In this document: in pieces, positions 1 to 10,713 of the stretch
Position numbering within the stretch: the stretch's first letter is position 1
Layout: the number at the start of each line of letters is the position of its first letter
Assembly: GCF_009834535.1 (NCBI RefSeq)
Contig: NC_045721.1
Location: 26,164,001-26,228,000 of the forward strand
DNA from: Camelus ferus
Taxonomy: Eukaryota
Direction: 5' to 3'
Length of the DNA: 64,000 bases
Translations under genes and position numbers: made by a program
Notes under the pieces: model-generated
What the model saw: only the letters and a program-made list of their open reading frames with translations
The model's database searches: none
What the model was told of the DNA's origin: nothing

Positions 1-870
1 TTTTATAAATATATTGTAATGAATTAGGAGCAAGTAGGTGTTATAAAATGATGTATCTCCAACATTTGCTAATATACCAAGTGTGTTAAATAAAAGGTAA
101 AAATCAATTACATTTGGCTGATACAGGTTAACCCTCCAAGTGCACACCAGAGCCTGTGTTTCCGAATACTTGGTGTGGCCCACAAAGAAGTCCCCATGAG
201 AGGTCGCGCTCTATTTAACGACAGAGAAGATGTTCGAGACTTCGCTGGAACTTTTCACTCACCCCACAAAATACATTTACATTTTTTTTAAACTTACCTT
301 TTTAACTTACACAGTGTGGAAACCCAGACTCTATGCCCTTCCTTGAACGACCACCAGATTGACTGGACTTTGCTTTACAAGACATTTAGCTTTTTCCTCA
401 AATCAAATTTACCCTCGGCAGAGAAAGTGTTTCCCCTGTGATGACAGAACGAAAGGAGACTCTGCACAGGTCTTGAGAGAATCTCTGAATGAGGGCTTCC
501 AGTTATCCAGCTAATTAGGGTGTTGTTGGAAGAGGAAGAAAGCCTTTTAATGTGACTTCCTGAAAAGAAGTGACATCATTTGCATTGTTGGTTTGAAGTA
601 CAGGAAATCACCGTTTTAATAGGTCACAAATGGTCCAATATTAGAATTTCATGTGCTTCAACCTATGTGATTTGGTGTATGTGTTTTAAAATTAGTCGTG
701 TTTCTTTATAGTCAAACCTCAGCTGTAATAGCACAAAATGTGAGCAACCAGCTAAGTCCAGATGTGAGAACTTACATTCACACCCGCCATCACAGTGAAA
801 GGTTCCCGGGAGAGAGCGGTTTCAGTTAGCTGCATTCCAAACCAGGGAGGATTTCTGAAGGTAACACACC

Positions 871-1095
871 CTGGTGAGAACTTGGATTCTGGCATCAGAC
901 CGAGCTGGAATAACATTCTAGTTGGCTGTTTACCTGATGTGTACATGCAAGACAAATTTTTTAATCTCCCCAGGCTTGGTTTCCTTACCTGTAAACTGGG
1001 GCAACAATAATACCAACTTCAGGGTTGTCGTGAGAATTAAGGGATGTAGCGTGCTTAGCCCAGTAGGTGGCACGGGGTTAACGAGAGCCAGTAGC
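871..1095 (+). mobile_element. MIR SINE relic
   Basis: ggtttccttacctgtaaactggggcaacaataatacc...agggttgtcgtgagaattaa...gtgcttagc resembles the MIR core as recalled. Confidence 0.75.
1060..1073 (+). promoter_or_regulatory. Candidate CTCF-binding motif CCAGTAGGTGGCAC
   Basis: Fits the degenerate core CCASYAGRKGGCRS at all 14 positions; occupancy unknown. Confidence 0.45.
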
Positions 1096-1404
1096 CAGCA
1101 CGACCACCCAGTCACTCCTCAGAATCGCTGCTCAGAACCTGAAAGTCAGGTGGAGGCCTGGCTGACATGCATTACATGGACTAGACTTTACTGAGAGCCT
1201 CTGTGGACCAGCAGCCGATGCGTTTTGAAAGCCTGTCTTTGTCTCAGGCGTGGGGCACCACGGGGAGGACCAATGTGTAAGGGACTCGAGGGCGCGACGG
1301 CGGCGTGTGCTGGCATCGGGCAACTTCACTTCTAAAGACCTGCTTTTAGGTCACCTGGTCAAACAGAGCCGGTGGGATGAACTGGCCTTGCTAGAAAGCA
1401 GTGA

Positions 1405-1629
<225 letters not shown>

Positions 1630-3132
1630 TGAGGGAAAAATGGGCTTTATTCTGTTGACATAATTGTGTCTTTAATTGAAAGTGGCTTCCAGGTTTAAGT
1701 AAAGGTTTGGCAGAATAACTTTGAGAAAAATGAGTTCAGACTTGCAACTCTTTTCGAGGCAGGTTGAATTAGCCGAGTAATGACCCAGGAGGCACGTCAA
1801 GGGTAAAGGTCGCACCGCGAATTCCATTATCAGTCTCTTTAGTCTACGACCTCCTTTTATGATCGGTCGCTGGAATTCAATAAAGGCAGCTGTTTCTTCT
1901 GAACAATTTTTAAGGCTTTTTCAGGTTATGATTGATTTGGGGATTGCTTTATAAAGTTTTGTAATTATACATTGCGTTGATTAAGGTTTATGAAAAATGG
2001 CTTTTTATAATACTTAGTTATGAACTTTAAGGTTACCTACCTTAAAGAATTCATAATTTTAATTGTTATGTACACCAAAATCTCATTCTGCCCTGCTTCA
2101 GAAACACATGGTCTTTGTGAGATTTTGATTCCCAGTCACACCTTTCCTTGTCTGCCTCATGATTTTCTTGTATTTTAGTTCATTCATTTCAGTTTTCCCC
2201 ACCTGTGATTTTCTCAAAAGTACACACTGTTGAGGGCTCCCTGGAACAACTCAGGCGAGGAATTCAGTACAGAGCCCGGCATTATAAACAACAATAGCAA
2301 ATTTTAGCTAGTTTTTAAATTATTATTCCAAGTGTTTTCCACTTTTCTTTCAAGCCTCATTAGAAATATTTTATTCATGAAGAGATGTACATATTTTATT
2401 AATTTATTTTCCCAAATCCACTGTTCTATGGTTTGAGAAGGCTTTTGCACTCACTCATAAACCAGTACGTAAGGCAGTAATTCAGGGGGACTTTTTTTAT
2501 GGTTTTTTAACAGTTAAATTGTCTGACATCATGATCATGACCTATGAACCTAAAAAAATAATTTGAAGAAAGGTTGACATTTTATAAAAATATTTATGAA
2601 ATGTTATAATTAAAATTATGTCTTTAAAATATTTGTTATTGCATAATACTGGGCTTTAAAAATCATCTGGAAAGGGAAAAGAAACTTTAGATCTTTTTTT
2701 TATTTTTTATTTTTTTAACATTTTTTATTGATTTATAATCATTTTACAATGTTGTGTCAAATTCCAGTGTAGAGCACAATTTTTCAGTTATACATGAGAG
2801 TATATATATTCATTGTCACATTTTTTTCTCTGTGAGCTACCATAAGATCTTGTGTATATTTCCCTGTGCTATACAGTATAATCTTGTTTGTCTATTCTAC
2901 AATTTTGAAATCCCGTCTATCCCTTCCCACCCTCCGCCCCCTTGGCAACCACAAGTCTGTATTCTATGTCTATGAGTCTATTTCTGTTTTGTATTTATGC
3001 TTTGTTTTTTTGTTTTTGTTTTTGTTTTTTAGATTCCACATATGAGCGATCTCATATGGTATTTTTATTTCTCTTTCTGGCTTACTTCACTTAGAATGAC
3101 ATTCTCCAGGAGCATCCACGTTGCTGCAAATG

Positions 3133-3287
3133 NNNNNNNNNNNNNNNNNNNNNNNNNNNNNNNNNNNNNNNNNNNNNNNNNNNNNNNNNNNNNNNNNNNN
3201 NNNNNNNNNNNNNNNNNNNNNNNNNNNNNNNNNNNNNNNNNNNNNNNNNNNNNNNNNNNNNNNNNNNNNNNNNNNNNNNNNNNNNNN
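3133..3287. other. Assembly N block (155 N)
   Basis: Run of N inside the L1. Confidence 0.99.
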
Positions 3288-3432
3288 TCCTGAAGTAGGG
3301 TCCCTTCTGGATGTATGCCCAGGAGTAGGATTCCTGGGTCATACGGTAAGTCTATTCCTAGTTTTTTGAGGAATCTCCATACTGTTTTCCACAGTGGCTG
3401 CACCAAACTGCATTCCCACCAGCAGTGTAGGA

Positions 3433-3601
3433 NNNNNNNNNNNNNNNNNNNNNNNNNNNNNNNNNNNNNNNNNNNNNNNNNNNNNNNNNNNNNNNNNNNN
3501 NNNNNNNNNNNNNNNNNNNNNNNNNNNNNNNNNNNNNNNNNNNNNNNNNNNNNNNNNNNNNNNNNNNNNNNNNNNNNNNNNNNNNNNNNNNNNNNNNNNN
3601 N
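3433..3601. other. Assembly N block (169 N)
   Basis: Run of N inside the L1. Confidence 0.99.
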
Positions 3602-4065
3602 TCCTTGGAGAATTGCTTGTTTAGGTCTTCTGCCCATTTTTGGATTGGGTTGTTTGGTTGGTTCTTATTAAGTTGTATGAGCTGCTTATATATTCTGGAG
3701 ATCAAGCCTTTTGTCAGTTTCATTTGCAAAAATTTTCTCCCATTCCGTAGGTTGTCTTTTTGTTTTACTTATGGTTCCTTTTGCTGTACAGAAGCTTGTA
3801 AGTTTTGTTAGGTCCCATTTGTTTATTCTTGCTTTTATTTCTATTGCTTGAGTAGACTGTTCTAGGAGAACATTTTTGAGATTTATGTCAGATAATGTTT
3901 TGCCTATATTTTCTTCTAGGAGGTTTATTGTATCTTGCCTTATGTTTAAGTCTTTGATCCATTTTGAGTTGATTTTTGTGTATGGTGTAAGGGAGTGTTG
4001 TAGCTTCATTGCTTTACATGCTGCTGTCCAGTTTTCCCAACACCATTTGCTGAAGAGACTGTCTC

Positions 4066-4825
4066 TCCTAGCCACAGCAATCAGGCAAGAGAGAGAAATA
4101 AAAGGGATCCAAATTGGAAAAGAAGAGGTAAAAGTGTCACTATATGCCGACGACATGATACTATATATAGAAACCCCTAAAAGGTCCACACAAAAACTAC
4201 CAGAGCTGATCAAAGAATTCAGCAAGGCAACAGGTTACAAAATTAACGTTCAAAAATCAGTTGCATTTCTTTACACTAACAATGAATCAACAGAAAAAGA
4301 AAGTAAAGAAACAATCCCCTTTAAAATAGCACCCAAAGTAATAAAATACCTAGGAATAAATCTAACCAAGGAGGTGAAATAATTATACACNNNNNNNNNN
4401 NNNNNNNNNNNNNNNNNNNNNNNNNNNNNNNNNNNNNNNNNNNNNNNNNNNNNNNNNNNNNNNNNNNNNNNNNNNNNNNNNNNNNNNNNNNNNNNNNNNN
4501 NNNNNNNNNNNNNNNNNNNNNNNNNNNNNNNNNNNNNNNNNNNNNNNNATATTTCACAGAACTAGAACAAATCATAATAAAATTTATATGGAACCACGAA
4601 AGACCTAGAATTGCCAAAGCATTACTGAAGAGAAAGAAAGAGGCTGGAGGAATAACTGTCCCAGACTTCAGGCAATACTATGGAGCTGCAGTCATCAAGA
4701 CAGCATGGTATTGGTACAAAACAGACATATGGACCAATGGAACAGAAGAGAGGGCCCAGAAATGAACCTGCAAACTTTTGGTCAACTCATCTTCGACAAA
4801 GGAGGCAAGAGTAAACAATGGAATA
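4066..4825 (+). mobile_element. Inverted 5' segment of the same L1: ORF2 reverse-transcriptase fragment including YADD
   Basis: [35 protein letters not shown]...[15 protein letters not shown]...[12 protein letters not shown]; ends ...caatggaata, which continues in L1 into the (a)agacagtctc that starts the minus-strand segment. Confidence 0.95.
4391..4548. other. Assembly N block (158 N)
   Basis: Run of N inside the L1. Confidence 0.99.
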
Positions 4826-7800
4826 GGTCTTATATCCTAGATACAGATAAAATAGCATGAACCTTCCTCGCTCTTCAGACTGGATGTGGTTAAGCATCGG
4901 AGTGACTCTCTGTAGATTACATGTAGGTTCCACATCCTGTTTCCTGTGATGAATCTGACTGTGTACAAATGCACTTCCAAACATGGAGTTGCAAACTTAG
5001 GGAAGAGGCCGTGAGAGGCAGTCGGCCCCCTGACGTGGGGAGTGTGTGGGATTTTTCCGTCCCTGCTGAGAGTGCTTTCTGGGGCTTAAATAGTTGTAGA
5101 GCATTTTGCAGACTCAGGAAATTTTACTGCCTGGCTTCCAGCCACCCAGGGTTTCTGAAAACTCCGGGGTAAGCTAGTCCGACCCATTCCCAGTCTTTTT
5201 CATCTCTGTCTCTTCTGCCTTCTGAGGGCTGCCTCCTGTGGCTCCAGGTCTCCTCCCCACATGCGACTCAAAACCCATCCCTGGTCTTACTCTCACCTGC
5301 CGGCCCGCAGGTTCACTCCAGTCAGTGACATACTTCACTGGGGCGTCTGAAGGTGCTCGGCCCCAGTTCAAGCTCGCTCACGGCCCTCGTCTCTCCTGGT
5401 TTGCTCAGGCCGTTCCAGGCTCTGATCGCATCCACCGCAGCACCCTCACCCTGGGTCCTTTCCTTTCCCTGAACTTCGCCTGGTTTTTGGCTGCAGGTTC
5501 TTCCCCAAATCTCCCAAATTATAAGCAAACATCAGATCACTCCCTGGAAATTTTGAGAAGGTAAATTTGGGTTTGAAACTCAGGAATCTGCATTCTAAGT
5601 CAAACACGAGAAGTTTCTTATTTGAAAAAAAAAAAAAAGGGAGCATAGCAAAGATGACCACCACCCTTTAGTGATCATCTCTGGCCTGTGTGATCTCCCG
5701 TACAACTTCCTGTTTTACCAAACCTGGGGTGGTTCTGGAACACTTCCTGGGATGACAGCCCAGGAACAGGCTCCTGTCTCCCCAGTGGGACAAGGAGGGA
5801 GGCTGGGACGTTGTGTTTCTACCGGTGTCAGGATAGATGTTTTACCTGGAGAAGCCTCTGCTGTTGGGGTGATCTTGGTAATCAAGCTGGAAGATAGTAG
5901 AAGGGAAGCACAATGTGATAGGTGCTCTACATTAATAAATACGGTAGAGCTGGCCAATTCCTTCTAGTAGATGTGCAGGCTGCTGTCCGCATTCCTCTCC
6001 CTGCGACTCCCCCAGTCTCCTGCTTTGGGGTCTGCACATCCCACATGTGTGTAAAGGAGGCTTCTCTTTCCTGTTTGGGGAACAATTTTAGACTGTTTTT
6101 TGCAGTGTCCCTAGAACGTTCATCAAGAAATGGACAATATGGGAAACTTGCTTCCTTCAGACCCCAAAAGAATGTCAGATTTAGTTTGAATTATATCTAC
6201 TTAAACCTGGAACGTTACCTAGCAAGGCAAATGATAGCTTGGACCAGTGATTCTCCGATGTTGCTGTGCACGAAAATCACTGGTGGAAGTTGGGTTGTTA
6301 CCGTGCAATCCCGGCGGTCCGCCTCTAGATGCCCTGGCTCTGCACCGCTGGCCAGATGGGGAAAAGAATTCTGCAGGATGTTTACCTCGCACCTTAGGTG
6401 TTCTGGTGACGGAGTCACAGGCTACATGAGGAAGCATTTCTCTGATTTACGGAAGAGCACTTTTAATGGGAGTAAGATGAGAAATACACAAAGATTTTTG
6501 TAAGATCTCTACAGATATTATTTATTTAGTATAAATTGTTTTGTTAAAAAATGCAGAAACCGTGAGACTTTTGAGAAATTGGAAGAAGAGATAGAATGTT
6601 ACTTAGTGTGAAACAGCATGATGAATCCAAGCTTCAAAATGAGCCACAAAAAGTCACTGTTGTTCTTCTTCCAGAGTTTTCTTAAAAATAAGTTCTCTGC
6701 CTAAAGTCAGTACCCTCGTTCCTTCAGATGCCAGCTCAGGTGTCAGAACACACGTTCCCGCTTCCAGGGGGCCAGTTCTGATTTGGGTTGCTCAGGGAGT
6801 TGGTGACTGTTTTACTAGTAACTGCTGCACAAGTGACCCTCGTTCCCCCAGCTACCCCGAAAAAAACACCAGCCAGAATATGAGACAGCATAGCCTTTTC
6901 TTGGGGAAAGATAGATGTGGTGTTTCTCACTCATGGAGGACTTGCTGGGCTGTTGCGGACCCTTCCCTACCACTGAGTGTGCACTGGGCCGCCCGGCGGC
7001 AGGGCCAGCCCGCTGGTGCAGCAGGTGCCGCCCCGGCCAGCCGTTCTTTGGTTCACCCTGCTTCCCTCCCACGCCCGGGGATTCACTCACCAGGCAGATT
7101 GACTGGTCGCTCTGGCATCACGTGAGAGCCACCTTGGCCTCCCCCCACTCATTTCTCACTCCCCTGACGGCGCTTCCTACACCCCACCTCAGTGAGAGAA
7201 AGCGGTTGGCCCTGGAAAGGACCCGGGGCGTCGTCGGGGGCTGGGCAGCACCTCCGGTGGCTCCTCGGGCCTTTCGGCTCTGAGTCTAGCTGAGCAGAAA
7301 TCCTGGCCTTGTCCGCAGCTGGCGGTGTGAATTTGTACAAGTTGTCAAAAAGCTTTTGAACTTTGGTCCCTTACCCTTAAAATGAGTACAACAGAGGATC
7401 GTTCTCAGACGGCTGCTCTGAAAGAACGCGCAAGCCTGACGGGGAGAGGCGTCACACAACTGCCAGCCGGTGCTGGTTCCTAAACCAAATGCTCTCATGG
7501 TTTCTGTGTTGTTTATTTCCTTTCCACAAGTTTGGGTTGCGGTTTTGTGTGGCTCGGGCACGAGCTCAATCAACACAGAACCTCCGTCTCTATTTTCCTT
7601 GAAAATTTCTAAAGGCATAATTAACAGAAATGAAATCAAGTTGTTTCTTTTTTTCCCTGCTTTGCCGTTACCGTTTGTACTTACAGACCGCTGTAGTGAG
7701 TGACACCACACACCACGCTGTCCAAAGCGGCCGTGACTTTGGCCGTCTGAAGTGCAGGGCGACGTGAGAGGCTCGTCAGCGTAGTCACTGAGTTCTGAAC

Positions 7801-8892
7801 CTGCTAACTCTTGCTGTATGTTTACTGTGCACAGAAGACACAAAACAGAGCACTGAATATTCACAAGTTCTACCAACTGAGAGATGAGAGTTTGACTCTG
7901 AAGTCATGGTCGGGTTGCTGCTGAAAGTTTTGCCAAAGTCCGAAGTCACAGTCCTTCCTGAGGGTGGTTTTACTGACACCCAATTCTCCGTGTCAGGACG
8001 GTGGGATGAGAATGTGCGGTGTAAATTCCACACGAGATGGGCCTCCAGATTGGTTTTCTCATGGCAACAACACAGTTTAGGATTCTGTGAGATAAAAAAG
8101 GATATGCTTATGTTAATCCCTTCATTTTGGCTTCATGGTGTCAAACTGGACGCAATTCGCTGAAAATTAGATAGCTAAAAATACCGTTTTAAACCAGATT
8201 AGAGCTGGGCTCGGTTCTATTTCCTGATATGTATTAAGTGGTTTGATAGGTGGCTGGATACTTTATCCTGATTAAAATGCTAATTTTTTTCATAAAACTC
8301 TAATTGCCATAATTCCACTTCCATTTCAAGTTTAATTCCAAGTCTGTAAGAGGCCACGTTCACTGCTCCCTTTCCTGCGGAGATACTGGCCGTCCTTGCG
8401 GGTTCTGCCCCTCGATCTGCTTGCTGGCTCTCACTGCTTTACAGATGGGCCGCTCTGTGAATCTCGCAGGGTGTCCTGGAGGCGGGCCCCTGCAGTCCGC
8501 ACGCTGTCCTCGTCTTGCCCTGGTCTCCTGGCCTGGCTGCGACTTCTGGACGTAAACAGAAGTGTCAGTAATTCAGCATTTGTGCTCGGTTCTTCTTGTG
8601 TCAGCTTCCCGGCGAAGCACGCAGTGGGTGTTTAGGAAGCTCTGTGGACAAGACCGCAGGGGTTCAGTAGCCTTGGTGCAGTTACAGAAATGATCTGTGA
8701 GTGCAGATTATTAGTTGTTAAAAAAAACCCCAAACTCCACCACCAACAACAAAACACCTCTTTTGTATCAGATTTGTGGGCCGGGCTACAAAAGAAAGCA
8801 GTAGGGGAAGGGATATATCAGCTCCTGGTGTGGGTTCAGCTGTCGCCTCAGTGGAGAGGGGACCTGCCAGAACCAAGGCCAGAGACCCCAGG

Positions 8893-9025
8893 CCTTCTCC
8901 CCTCCTCCTTCCTCCCGCCCTTGCTTCTTCCCTCCCTCCCCCTCCTTTTCCTCCCCCCGAACCCCCCCGCCCCATCTCTCTCTCTCTCTCTCTTCAGTTT
9001 CTCTTTCTTTTATTCTTGCTTCTAA
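8893..9025. repeat. Pyrimidine-rich low-complexity tract with C-runs and (TC)9
   Basis: Almost only C/T; (TC)n at about 8975-8992. Confidence 0.9.
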
Positions 9026-9734
9026 ATTTCCTTTGACCAAATATATTTACTGGAATTCAGAGGTGAGTTAGCTCATGGATAGCTACTCAACAAAGAGAAA
9101 TGCATGACGTTTTTAATATTTACAGAAATGTTTTAAACATACAAAGCAGTTCCACACTGGTGGGGTTTATCCCATTGGGTTTCTTGCAAACATCAGAAAT
9201 GTTCTTTGCAGGCACAACACAGCTGAAACAGCCACTTGCCAAACAAACAAATGCCTCGTCCAGTGGTATGACCCTCCATTTAAAAGCCACTTCTAAAGTT
9301 CGTTGCACTTTGTTAGATCTGCCTTGAGTTCTTCCTTGATAAAACCGTAAATTAAACTATAGGTGGTTTGATATGCAATTACAACCTTGTTTTTGGCTGT
9401 AGTAATTATAGAAGCAGCTGGACAAAGTCACCACCGTACGCATGGGTACAAGGCAGCATCCTGAGGTTTGTACCTGCGCAGCGCTGAGACACAGTGCTGG
9501 CGACGTCCGCACTGCACGGATAAGCTGACTCAGGGGCATTGGCTGCATGGACAGAGTCCCGCGGCTAGCAGGCTTGCTGGCGACATTGAACTGAAGTTTA
9601 CCGTCGTTCCCAGCGGGACACATGCTCCCTGCGTTGGGCCGACCCCGTGCTGTCTCCGACAGCTATTGTTCAGGGAGGCGGATGCAGTTTTAATCACTGT
9701 TGATAAACACTGATTTTATAAATTTTGATATTAA

Positions 9735-10049
<315 letters not shown>

Positions 10050-10691
10050 TGATCAGCTGGTGGGAAGGAAAAGGGCCGGCGCCCCAGGGGTCTTGCGCTC
10101 AGCCTGAGGCTGCCGCCCCCCCCCCCCCGGGTGGGGCCGCAGCGCCCACAGACAGGCTCCGAGACACCTTCACGTCTGCTCACTGAGGAGGAAGCAGGCC
10201 CTGCCCCAGGCTGCACTCTGGTTCCCAACTGCCCCTCCCTTGTCCCTGCATTCCCTCCCTCCCCGGATTAGCAGTTGTTCGAGCCTGCCCTCTGGGACTC
10301 CGAGGTCTCAGAGGCTGAAGCCTACTTCCTGCAAACAAGAAATGAAGGGCCTGGAAAGGAACTGTGCCAGGGAGGACCCTGCACCCCACCCTGGGTCTTC
10401 GCACTGAGAAGAGTTCCTGAGTCCTCCTCCTGGCCCAGGAGGGAGTGATGTCTCTACAAATGTACATTTCCTTTATAATTCCAGATTTCCTTTACAAAAG
10501 GAGACCCTGTGCCCTGTTTTTAGAGCTTTTCCCTACGTCTGCTGGTTCTCAAAATGCTCCATGGTTTGTTGAGCAAACGTGAAATAATGCCGCTGTGTCA
10601 GTAAACAAAGGATGCTGTGGCCACCAAGTCGCCAGCTGCCAGACGTGAGCAGAGGGAACTCAGCACAGAGACCAGACCCCAGCACTCCTGG

Positions 10692-10713
10692 CCCCCCCCC
10701 CCCCCCCCCCCCC
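10692..10713. repeat. C22 homopolymer (a C13 run also occurs at 10116-10128)
   Basis: Counted directly; length may be imprecise in the assembly. Confidence 0.9.

Larger units (their letters stand above)
2696..4064 (-). mobile_element. Young camelid-type LINE-1, 3' segment (ORF2 C-terminus, 3' UTR, poly-A tail) antisense to CSMD1; contains two N blocks
   Basis: Poly-T at 2696; minus-strand ORFs give ORF2 C-terminal peptides ([51 protein letters not shown]). Confidence 0.95.

Noticed and set aside
5560-5612. Possible MER5A DNA-transposon fragment (caggaatctgcattctaa)
   Set aside because: Match too short to call without an alignment
5922-6503. 193-aa plus-strand ORF
   Set aside because: No homology I recognise and no exon-like boundaries
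7286-7876. 196-aa minus-strand ORF
   Set aside because: Non-ATG start, no recognisable domain, no splice support; expected by chance in intronic DNA
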